Shown here: in pieces, positions 28,743-37,343 of the stretch
How positions within the stretch are numbered: the stretch's first letter is position 1
How the letters are laid out: each line of letters starts with the position of its first letter
NCBI GenBank assembly: GCA_965219455.1
Contig: OZ244744.1
Location: 3,648,001 to 3,712,000 of the forward strand
Direction: 5' to 3'
Source of the DNA: Candidatus Latescibacterota bacterium
GTDB taxonomy: Bacteria; Latescibacterota; UBA2968; GCA-2709665
Length of the DNA stretch: 64,000 bases
Notes under the pieces: generated by a model
Databases searched by the model: none
What the model saw: the letters and a program-made list of their open reading frames with translations, nothing else
What the model was told of the DNA's origin: nothing
Program-made: the position numbers and the translations under genes

Positions 28743-29933
28743 ATGGACGAAATTCGCATCGGGATCGCAGGCCTGGGTGGCCGGGGGCTGCACTGGATAA
28801 GGCTGCTGCAGAAAATTCCCGGCTACCGGATCACGGCGGTCTACGATTGGATCGAACCGCTACAGGAGCGGGCACTTGCTGAAATCTCCTATCGGGACGA
28901 CGTGGCGGCGTTCGGCAACTACGAGGATTTCCTGGCATACGATCAGATGGACGCGGTGGGTCTTGTGGTGAGGCAGCGCGAGGTGGGGCGCATGGCAGCG
29001 GAGGCGCTGGAGGCGGGCAAGCACGTGAACAGCGAGGTGCCGGGCGCGTACACGATGGCGGAGTGCTGGCGCATCGTAACCAACGTGGAGCGTACGGGGT
29101 TGGTCTACGGCCTCGCCGAGCAGACGCGTTTCTGGGGGTTCGTGGACGGATGGAAGCGTCTTGTAGACGACGGCAGGTTGGGCAAAATCACCTACGCCGA
29201 GGGTCAATACGTCGGGTATTACGGCACCCATCAATTTTTTCAGGACTACGGCACGGGGAAGCAGTATTCCATCGAGGAGTTGTCCGACCATCCCGAAGCC
29301 AGGCCCACGTTTCCCCACGACACCCCGCCCATCATTGCCGCTTCGTACGATCTGAGCATCCTTTTGAAGATCCTGGACGACCGCGTGACGGAAGTAACGG
29401 CGATGAGCACAAAAAGGCCAAGCTACGCGCATCCGCAGATCGGAAAGCCCGACGTGCAGGTTGCGCTGATGAAGACCGAAAAGGATACGTTGATTCGCAT
29501 GTTGGATGGCCATACCCAGCCGCGTCCGCATGGAGATCACCACTGGTGGCAGATGATTGGCACAAAGGGGAGCCTGGAGTGGCGGCGTTCGCACCGCGAA
29601 ATGCCGAAAGTCTGGTTCGCGGACGCGCAGATGAACGACTGGACGGAGGTGGACTGGCGTTTTGAACGCACGGATGCGCCGCAGGAGGCGCGGGGAAGCG
29701 GCCACGGCGACGCGGACTCCTACGTGCATATGCACTTTCGCGACGCGGTCCTCAAGGGGAAGCCGCTGGCTTTTGACGTGTACAGGGCCATGGATACGGT
29801 TGCCGCGGCGGTACGGGCGATTGACTCGATACAGGAGGGGAGCCGGTTGATGCGGGTTCCCGATTTTCGCCCGAACCGGGATCGGGCTGCGGGGCAGGTT
29901 CCGACGGACCTGGGCGGCGTGGGCTTGCGCTGA
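28743..29933 (+). CDS. Gfo/Idh/MocA NAD-binding protein, GH109-like, copy 1
   Basis: IGIAGLGGRG Rossmann motif; GKHVNSEVP (EVP rather than EKP); ECWRIV; SGHGD; FDVY; VPDFR. Confidence 0.88.
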   Translation: MDEIRIGIAGLGGRGLHWIRLLQKIPGYRITAVYDWIEPLQERALAEISYRDDVAAFGNYEDFLAYDQMDAVGLVVRQREVGRMAAEALEAGKHVNSEVPGAYTMAECWRIVTNVERTGLVYGLAEQTRFWGFVDGWKRLVDDGRLGKITYAEGQYVGYYGTHQFFQDYGTGKQYSIEELSDHPEARPTFPHDTPPIIAASYDLSILLKILDDRVTEVTAMSTKRPSYAHPQIGKPDVQVALMKTEKDTLIRMLDGHTQPRPHGDHHWWQMIGTKGSLEWRRSHREMPKVWFADAQMNDWTEVDWRFERTDAPQEARGSGHGDADSYVHMHFRDAVLKGKPLAFDVYRAMDTVAAAVRAIDSIQEGSRLMRVPDFRPNRDRAAGQVPTDLGGVGLR

Positions 29934-29954
29934 GTGTGACCGCATGGGGGACTC

Positions 29955-31958
29955 ATGGCCGACGGCGGCACGGCAGAACCGCGGAACCGGCGGCCCGCGA
30001 GCCCGGGCGTAACGACCCGCGCGGTCGTATTCGGGCTCGGGTTGTCGGTAGCCGTCAATCTGCTCGCCAATACGATGCGGTATGTCCAGCATGGGTCGTA
30101 CATGGCCATCAGCCTGATCCCGATGGGCGACCTTCTGCTCTTTCTGCTGTCGATTCTGATCTGCGCCGCGCTTGCCCGATGGTTCGGCCGGCGTTTCGTG
30201 TTTGCTCCGGCGGAATGGATCACGATTTTCGGCATGGGCCTGATAAGCGCCATGGGCCCCACCTACGGTATCAGTGGATACCTCGTCAGCCAGCTGGTGG
30301 CTCCCTACTACTTCGCCACGCCCGAGAACCGGTGGTCGGAATATCTGCACCCGCATCTTCCCGGCTGGCTGATCTCAACGGACGAACGGCAGTCCATCAC
30401 CATGTTTTTCGAAGGGCTCCCGAACGGGATGTCCATTCCCTGGCACGACTGGTGGGGGCCGCTGTTGTGGTGGTTTTGCTTCATCGCCGTTCTGGGGTTC
30501 GCCTGCGTCTGCGTGTCGGTCATTCTGCATCGCCAGTGGGCGGACCACGAAAAGCTGGTCTACCCCGCGTTGACACCGGTCTTGGAGATGGCGAACCGGG
30601 GTGGATCCGGGTCTCGGGTCCTTCCGGAATTCATGAAGGGAAAGGCGTTCTGGGCGGGGTTCGGGTTGACGTCCGGGGTTTTCTGGTTGAATATGGTGCA
30701 CTGGTTCTATCCTGCATTTCCGAAGGTGATGAACACCCGCATGAACTACGTGTGGGATCTCCTGCCCAAACAGTATCCCCCTTTCTGCATCTACCTGAGC
30801 GTATTCGTCATATGCTTTTCATATTTTGCCAACCTGGAAGTACTCTTCAGCATCTGGTTCTTCGACATCCTTTATATGATTGAAGCCGGCCTTCTGAATC
30901 GACTGGGCGTGGTGGCGACGTCCCCGCACTACGGCTCCGGCCCGTACAACCTGACGAGCTACAAGTTCCAGACGGCCGGCGCCTTCGCGGCGCTGGTCAT
31001 CTGGTGGCTCTGGATCTCCAGGGGGCACCTGCGCGAGGTTTTCCGGAAGGCCGTCCGTCCGGATCGTTCCACCCTGGATGACAGCAGGGAGTGGATATCC
31101 TATCGTGCCGCCGTCATCGGGCTGGTCGTCTGCTGCGTGTACATTGTAGCCTGGCTCGCGCAGATCGGAATCGAGCCGGGGATGATCCTGGTTTTGACGC
31201 CGGCCATGTTTATCGCGTACGTGGGCGTGGCGAAGGTGGTCGCCGACTCGGGGCTGGTCTACGTCGATCCGCCGGCGGTGGCCTGGGATTACGCGCTGTT
31301 CGCGCTGGGCGGGGCGCACAGGCTGGGTCCTTCCACAAACGCCGCTTCCAGCCTCCTGCCGTTCACGGTCAACCACCCCAGGAGTTTCGCGCTGCCGATG
31401 ATTGCGCAGGTGAACCGCCTGGGTGATTTTATCCCCGAAGGCAAGCGACGTTTTTTCTGGGGGGTGTTCGGGGCCTTCATACTCGGCACGGTGGTTTCGA
31501 CACTCCAAACAGTCTGGCTGGGCTACACCATGGGGGGGTACAATTTTCAACCGAACTGGTTGATTCTTCACGAGGGTGAATGGCACTACGGTCTGGCGGT
31601 GGACGCGCTGCGCAACCCCCGCCCGATCCTGGCGGTGGAATACTGGCTGTTTCTCGCGGGAACTGTTGTGATGACAGCCCTGAACCTGATGCGATACCGG
31701 CTTCCCAGATGGCGGCTTCACCCGGTGGGGTTCGCGCTTTCGGGTACGATATTCGCCAGATTGGAAAGCCTCACGCTTCTGGTCGCGTGGCTGATTAAAT
31801 TCCTTATGCTCAGGATTGGCGGCACGGCATTCTACCGGCGATCGTTGCCCTTTTTTATCGGGATCCTGACCGGATACATCCTGGCGGTGATCGCGGGTAC
31901 GGTCGTGGACGCCATCTGGTTCCCGCATTCCGGACACAGGGTACACAGCTGGCATTGA
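29955..31958 (+). CDS. Polytopic membrane protein, DUF6785/DUF6784 (OPT-like transporter) family, copy 1
   Basis: About 15 hydrophobic segments; PYYFATPENRW, QWADHEKLVYP, SIWFF, WRLHPVGF, AWLIK..LRIGG, PFFIG. Confidence 0.8.
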   Translation: MADGGTAEPRNRRPASPGVTTRAVVFGLGLSVAVNLLANTMRYVQHGSYMAISLIPMGDLLLFLLSILICAALARWFGRRFVFAPAEWITIFGMGLISAMGPTYGISGYLVSQLVAPYYFATPENRWSEYLHPHLPGWLISTDERQSITMFFEGLPNGMSIPWHDWWGPLLWWFCFIAVLGFACVCVSVILHRQWADHEKLVYPALTPVLEMANRGGSGSRVLPEFMKGKAFWAGFGLTSGVFWLNMVHWFYPAFPKVMNTRMNYVWDLLPKQYPPFCIYLSVFVICFSYFANLEVLFSIWFFDILYMIEAGLLNRLGVVATSPHYGSGPYNLTSYKFQTAGAFAALVIWWLWISRGHLREVFRKAVRPDRSTLDDSREWISYRAAVIGLVVCCVYIVAWLAQIGIEPGMILVLTPAMFIAYVGVAKVVADSGLVYVDPPAVAWDYALFALGGAHRLGPSTNAASSLLPFTVNHPRSFALPMIAQVNRLGDFIPEGKRRFFWGVFGAFILGTVVSTLQTVWLGYTMGGYNFQPNWLILHEGEWHYGLAVDALRNPRPILAVEYWLFLAGTVVMTALNLMRYRLPRWRLHPVGFALSGTIFARLESLTLLVAWLIKFLMLRIGGTAFYRRSLPFFIGILTGYILAVIAGTVVDAIWFPHSGHRVHSWH

Positions 31959-31972
31959 TGTCCCGTCGAGCA

Positions 31973-32253
31973 CCTCTCCCCCCGGCCGCAAAAAAGCAGC
32001 AAAAGGCAGCTATCAGCCGTCAGCCGTCAGCTAAAAGCAATAACGAACCTGGTTACGTCAACGCCATTATGTGGGCGACCGAGAAGGGCGCAGACCTCTC
32101 CCCCCGGCCCCCTCTGACGGAGCCATCAGCTATCAGCCGTCAGCTGTCAGCTAAAAGAAAAAAGCCGAATCAGTTGACGTCTGCGTTCTTATGCGGACGA
32201 CCGCGAAGGGCGCAGACCTCTCCCCCCGGCCCCCTCTCCTAAAGGAAAGGGGG
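31973..32253 (+). repeat. Tandem 122-bp units (~2.3 copies) built from TCAGCNN heptamers and a REP-like CCTCTCCCCCCGGCC motif
   Basis: CCTCTCCCCC(C)GGCC starts at 31973, 32095 and 32217; GCTATCAGCCGTCAGCYGTCAGCTAAAAG occurs twice; the last unit recurs at 48371-48469. Confidence 0.8.
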
Positions 32254-32642
32254 TGCAAAACCAGGAAAACCGGCCTCACACGGAGACACAAAGACACGAA
32301 AGGACACAAAGGGAAAGGCAAAAGGCGGGAAGACGTGAAACGGTAGACGGTAGAAGAAATCCTTGCCCGATCTGATCTTCCTCAATTCCTCCGGTCTGAA
32401 CTGGAACCTCACAGGGCAGGCAATCTCTCCCGTCTTGCGTCTTCCGTCTCCCGGCCTTTCGAAAAAGGGCAAGGGAATAGGGGACGTTAAGGGTGGGGAA
32501 GATGAAAAGGAAAGGTGATTGATGCGGTAAGGCCTGTCTTCTGCAGGAGAGCAGTTCTTGTGTGGGTTGTCCGCTTTTCGGGACTGCAATTTGGCCCCCT
32601 GTGTCGTCTGTTGTGAGATGATTAAAGGAGAGGAGCGGTATT

Positions 32643-33578
32643 ATGCCTGAGTCCGTTTTGAAATCCCTTGAAGATGGGTTCGTGCTGGGAGACGGTGGAA
32701 ACGTGGAGGAAATGAGGCTGCGGGGATATCCAGCGCCGTGGGTGCTGGAAGACTTCCCCGACGCGGTGCGGCTGGTCCACCAGGATTTTTTCCGGGCAGG
32801 CGCCGGCGTGATCAGAGCCCTGACGGGTTTGTGTACCCGAACCGGGCTTGGCGAGCGGGGGAAAGCGGGTGGGGTCGATCAGGTCGACGCGTTGAACCGG
32901 AGGGCCGTGGCGCTGGCGAAGGGTGCGGCGCGCGGGGAGGCGCAGGTGGCGGGCACGCTGGCTCCCACGGGGGCCTTTCAGGCCGATGACGCGGGATCTG
33001 CGGACCGTGCCCGGGCGGAGTGGGAGGAACAGGTCGGGATATTGGCCGACGCGGGTGTGGACGTGCTTGTCTGTGAGTCGTTCGGGCGGCTTGACGAGGC
33101 GCGCCTGGCGCTGGCGTGCTGCAAGCGGAGCGCGCTGCCGGTCGTCGTATCGGTGGACGTCGCATTGCCGGAGGGTCGGTTGAACAATCACCTGCTTCAA
33201 GAGGATGACGTCACCGCCGATGGTGTCGCGCCTGCCGAGTGCGCACGTGTCCTGGCCGGCGACGGCGCCGACGTCGTGGGCGGGGGCGGCACGCGGGAGC
33301 CGGAAGACCTGTGGCCCGTTGTGCTGGAAATGCGGAACGCGGTGGACACCCCGATTGCCTTTTTGCCGAATGGGTATCGGACGTGCCGGCCACACTGGAA
33401 GGGGATGCGGGAGGCCATGCACGTCTACGGGATGGAACTGGGACAGTACGCGTTGAAGGCGATTGCGCACGATATTCGCTTTCTGGGCGGGTCGGACGGG
33501 GTTGTGGTACGACTCCTTCGCTCGATGGCCCAGGCATTGGACTGCGAGCGGACGCACATCGAACTCCGGCCGCGATAA
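32643..33578 (+). CDS. Homocysteine S-methyltransferase family, copy 2, lacking the Zn-binding cysteines
   Basis: VLGDGG, FPDAVRLVHQDFFRAGA, GVDVLVCES; GGGG replaces GLVC and LGGSDG replaces IGACCG. Confidence 0.82.
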   Translation: MPESVLKSLEDGFVLGDGGNVEEMRLRGYPAPWVLEDFPDAVRLVHQDFFRAGAGVIRALTGLCTRTGLGERGKAGGVDQVDALNRRAVALAKGAARGEAQVAGTLAPTGAFQADDAGSADRARAEWEEQVGILADAGVDVLVCESFGRLDEARLALACCKRSALPVVVSVDVALPEGRLNNHLLQEDDVTADGVAPAECARVLAGDGADVVGGGGTREPEDLWPVVLEMRNAVDTPIAFLPNGYRTCRPHWKGMREAMHVYGMELGQYALKAIAHDIRFLGGSDGVVVRLLRSMAQALDCERTHIELRPR

Positions 33579-33702
33579 CGAATAACGAGGAATGTCGGCG
33601 GGTGGCGCGTTAAGGGCAACAGGAGGAAGAAGACGAGAACACATCGTTAGCGCCGGGCGATAGATCGGAACTCCCGGGTGATTCTTGCACAGGAGGATCA
33701 GG

Positions 33703-34620
33703 ATGGGCAGGGACATATTGAAAATGCTGGAGGAGGGCGTTGTTCTCAGCGACGGGGGGATGATTATCGAAGCGAGGTGGCGGGGGTACGATACGCCCGC
33801 TATGATTCTGGAAGATCCGGATGCGCTGCGTCAGATCCATCAGGATTTCTTCAGGGCCGGATCCCACGTGCTCCAGGCGCAGACCTGGTGGACCAGCCGG
33901 TCGCAACTCGAACGCCGTTATAAACCGGGCGACGGGCCCAGCGGGCAGGCGGCCCGCCTGGAGGAGATTTCCCGCACGGCAATCCGGCTGGCGCTGGAGG
34001 CTTCGGGTGGCGAAGCCCTGGTCGCCGGGTGCCTGAACCAGACGGCTGCGGGCTCGTGGACGGGGCCATACATTTTCAGGCCCGACAACGCACGGGCGCG
34101 CGAGCGGGCATGCGCGGAGTGGGATGAGCACATTTCCTGGATGGTGGACGCGGGCGCCGGGCTTCTCGTGCCGGAAACGTTCGCGCGGCTGGACGAAGCC
34201 CGGCTGTGCCTGTCGCGATGCAAGAAGACGGACGTCCCCGCGATGGTACTGATGGGTTCGAGCAGCCGGACGCACGACGGCGCCACGCCGGCGGAGTGTG
34301 CGAAGGTCCTGGCGGACGAGGGCGCGGATATCGTGGGTTTGGTCTGCGCTGGCGATTCAATGACCATGTGGCCGGGCGTTCTGGCGATGCGGCAGGCCGT
34401 GGATATCCCCATCGCGTATCAGCCACAGGGTTATCGCAATGCCGGCCCCAACAATTCGGTGATCCGTGAGTCAATGATCGTGTCCGGCAGCGAGATGGCG
34501 GGATATGCCCTGAAGGCGAAGGCGGAGGGAATCAACTTTATCGGCGCGTGCTGCGGCGCGGGCCCGTCGCACATCCGGGCAATGGCGCAAGCGCTGGGCT
34601 GCGAGCGCTTTCCGGTGTGA
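33703..34620 (+). CDS. Homocysteine S-methyltransferase family (BHMT-like), copy 3
   Basis: LSDGGMIIEARWRGYDTP, GLVC, IGACCG; close paralogue of 26826-27701; AGGAGG RBS. Confidence 0.88.
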   Translation: MGRDILKMLEEGVVLSDGGMIIEARWRGYDTPAMILEDPDALRQIHQDFFRAGSHVLQAQTWWTSRSQLERRYKPGDGPSGQAARLEEISRTAIRLALEASGGEALVAGCLNQTAAGSWTGPYIFRPDNARARERACAEWDEHISWMVDAGAGLLVPETFARLDEARLCLSRCKKTDVPAMVLMGSSSRTHDGATPAECAKVLADEGADIVGLVCAGDSMTMWPGVLAMRQAVDIPIAYQPQGYRNAGPNNSVIRESMIVSGSEMAGYALKAKAEGINFIGACCGAGPSHIRAMAQALGCERFPV

Positions 34621-34788
34621 TAGAGAAGCCGGCGATGGCCATTGCGTCCAGAGGGCCAACTGGACGGAGGCTGGAGACGAATTCGCCTTGCTCCCGCGAT
34701 ATCTGATGATGGAAGCGGCGCGTGTCCGTAGTCTTTCGAAATTTGCACACTTGAACGGGCGGTAACCTCAAAACAATTGGAGGAATCC

Positions 34789-36009
34789 ATGGATGAGATC
34801 AGAATTGGCGTTGCCGGACTGGGCCACCGCGGGCTGCACTGGATACGGTTGCTGCAGAAAGTACCGGGCTACCGGATTACGGCGATCTACGACTGGATCG
34901 AGCCGCTGCAGGAGCGGGCCCTGGCCGAGATCGCCTATCGGGAAGACGTCAGGGTATTCGGCAACTATTACGATTTTCTGGCGTACGAGGGCATGGACGC
35001 GGTGGGGCTGGTGGTGAGGCAACTGGAGCAGGGAACCATGGCCGCCGAGGCGCTGGAGGCAGGTAAGCACGTCAACAGCGAGGTGCCGGCGGCCTATACG
35101 ATGGAGGAATGCTGGCGCATCGTCACAAACGTGGAGCGGACCGGGCTGGTCTACAGCCTGGCGGAGCAGACGCGGTTCTGGGGGTTCGTGGACGGTTGGA
35201 AGACACTGGTGGACGACGGGATGCTGGGAAGGATCACCTACGCCGAGGGTCAGTATCTGGGTTACTACGGCACCCATCAGTGGTTTCAGGATTTCAACAC
35301 GGGCAAACAGTATCCGGTTGAGGCGCTTTCCGACCACCCGGAGGCCGAACCCGCAAGCCCGAATTATCTGCCCTACATTATCTCGGCTTCGTACGACCTG
35401 AGCATCCTGTTGAAAATCCTCGACGACCGCGTGATTGAGGTGACGGCAATGAGCACCACGCCGCCGAGCTATACGACCCCGGAAATGCTCAACGCCGATA
35501 TCCAGGTGGCGCTGATGAAGACGGAGAAAGATACGCTGATCCGGATGCTGAACGGGTTCAACCAGCCCAGGCCGAGCGGAGACCACCACTGGTGGCAGAT
35601 GATCGGGACGAAGGGAAGCGTGGAGTGGCGGCGGTCCGGAAAAGAGAAGCCGAAATTGTGGCTGGCGGACACACAGATGAACGACTGGATGGAAGTCGAC
35701 TGGCAGTACCGTCGGACGGACGCGCCCCCGGAGGCGCGGGACAGCGGCCACGGCGATGCCGACTACTATGTGCACATGCATTTTCGGGACGCGATCCTGG
35801 GAGGCAAGACACTCGCGTTCGACGTTTACAGAGTGATGAATTCGATGGCTCCGGCGGTGCTGGCCGTGGATTCGATCGAGGAATGCGGCAGGGTCGTGAC
35901 GGTTCCTGACTTCCGACCGGGCGCGGATCGGCCCTCCGGACAGATGCCGGCAGATTTGGGCGGGATCGGCGGGCGCATCCACAATACCAAGATGCCCGGG
36001 AGGCGGTGA
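34789..36009 (+). CDS. Gfo/Idh/MocA NAD-binding protein, GH109-like, copy 2
   Basis: Close paralogue of 28743-29933 (GLGHRG, HVNSEVP, SGHGD, VPDFR); GGAGG RBS. Confidence 0.88.
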   Translation: MDEIRIGVAGLGHRGLHWIRLLQKVPGYRITAIYDWIEPLQERALAEIAYREDVRVFGNYYDFLAYEGMDAVGLVVRQLEQGTMAAEALEAGKHVNSEVPAAYTMEECWRIVTNVERTGLVYSLAEQTRFWGFVDGWKTLVDDGMLGRITYAEGQYLGYYGTHQWFQDFNTGKQYPVEALSDHPEAEPASPNYLPYIISASYDLSILLKILDDRVIEVTAMSTTPPSYTTPEMLNADIQVALMKTEKDTLIRMLNGFNQPRPSGDHHWWQMIGTKGSVEWRRSGKEKPKLWLADTQMNDWMEVDWQYRRTDAPPEARDSGHGDADYYVHMHFRDAILGGKTLAFDVYRVMNSMAPAVLAVDSIEECGRVVTVPDFRPGADRPSGQMPADLGGIGGRIHNTKMPGRR

Positions 36010-37343
36010 TGTCGTACTTCGACTTCCGGGCCTTTTGCGTGGGAATGGTCGCGGCCCTTGCCTTCGCCGCCGCCAAACCCGCCGCCGCCCAGGTTCCTGC
36101 AGAAATATTGGCCCTCAGTCCCAACATCCGGGGATTGGGCGCCGATGCGGCCGCGAGGTGGCGGGTTATCGACCTCCGGGAGGCCGAAAGCGGAACGCTT
36201 TCCGGGACCAATTCCTACGGCATCCACGCGGCCGACTTCGACGCGGATGCCGACCTGGACCTCGTGGTCGCCTTTCAGTCGGGCGGGGACAAGATACCGG
36301 GTGAGGATCGTGAATACGGCATGGTCTACTGGCTGGAGAACGTGACTGCCCCACCGGCCGCAGAATTGGTCTTTCGTATCCACCTGCTGGACGACCGGCA
36401 GGTCACGCCGAAGGACGCCGTTGTGGTACGTCGCACCGCCAGTGGCAGAACGGGCGTTGTGATCCCCGGCTATCTGTCGGGCGAGACGGTCATATACGAG
36501 ACTTCGGACGGCGGCAATTGGAGAAAGCTCAGCCTCCGGTCCAAAGCGCTCGAGCTTCCGGTTAGGGCCGTGGTTGCGGACATCGACGGAGACGATCTCG
36601 ACGACATCGTGGTCACCTCGATATCGGAATCAGGCGACAAAGTGGGGTGGTTTCGTCAAAATGCCCACGGATCGGCCTCCTGGGAGGAAGTGCCGATGCG
36701 CGTCGACCTGCCTCCCCTGATCGGCGTCGACGCAGGGGACGTGGACAAGGACGGAGACATGGACCTTGTCTGCGCCTCCGAACATGCGTCCAGGCCGTTT
36801 CTGCTGATCAACGCCGACGGCAAGGGGATCGAATGGAAGCGTGATTCCATTCGCGTGGAATCACCCGATTCGGTGCGTCAATGGGTCGCCCGCTTTTCCG
36901 ACAAACCCGTTTCCCAGGTCCACGCGCGATTCGCGGACGTGGACGCGGATGGCGACCTCGATTGCGTTGAAACCAGTCTCAGAAACGGATATTTGGCCTG
37001 GCGAGAGCAGATCGGGCCGCGGAAGGGATGGAAATTTCATGAGATCGCGGGCGGTCTGGGTCACGCCTATTCCTTCGACACGGGCGACGTGGACCGGGAC
37101 GGGCGGCTGGATATCGTGGTACCTTCCGACGGCGGGGAGGGGGTCTACGTGTTCCGGAACGCGAGGGGAGACGGAACGTTGTGGGAGGCCACCCGTCTTG
37201 GCGACGGCGCGGGCCTCAACTGGCCGAATATCGTCCGTCTCGCGGATTTCGACGGTGACGGTTACGACGATGTCATGTCCACAGACTGGGGGACACGGGC
37301 GGTCGTCTGGATCAATCCGTTCGTGCCCGTGTCCGGCGACTGA
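36009..37343 (+). CDS. Secreted FG-GAP/VCBS repeat beta-propeller protein
   Basis: Signal peptide (PAAAQ); ADFDADADLDLV, ADIDGDDLDDIV, GDVDKDGDMDLV, ADVDADGDLDC, GDVDRDGRLDIV, ADFDGDGYDDV; TGATG coupling on both sides. Confidence 0.88.
   Translation: MSYFDFRAFCVGMVAALAFAAAKPAAAQVPAEILALSPNIRGLGADAAARWRVIDLREAESGTLSGTNSYGIHAADFDADADLDLVVAFQSGGDKIPGEDREYGMVYWLENVTAPPAAELVFRIHLLDDRQVTPKDAVVVRRTASGRTGVVIPGYLSGETVIYETSDGGNWRKLSLRSKALELPVRAVVADIDGDDLDDIVVTSISESGDKVGWFRQNAHGSASWEEVPMRVDLPPLIGVDAGDVDKDGDMDLVCASEHASRPFLLINADGKGIEWKRDSIRVESPDSVRQWVARFSDKPVSQVHARFADVDADGDLDCVETSLRNGYLAWREQIGPRKGWKFHEIAGGLGHAYSFDTGDVDRDGRLDIVVPSDGGEGVYVFRNARGDGTLWEATRLGDGAGLNWPNIVRLADFDGDGYDDVMSTDWGTRAVVWINPFVPVSGD

Noticed and set aside
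31973-32253. Possible CRISPR array
   Set aside because: The 122-bp period is too long, the intervening sequences resemble each other, there are only ~2 units, and no cas genes are present.
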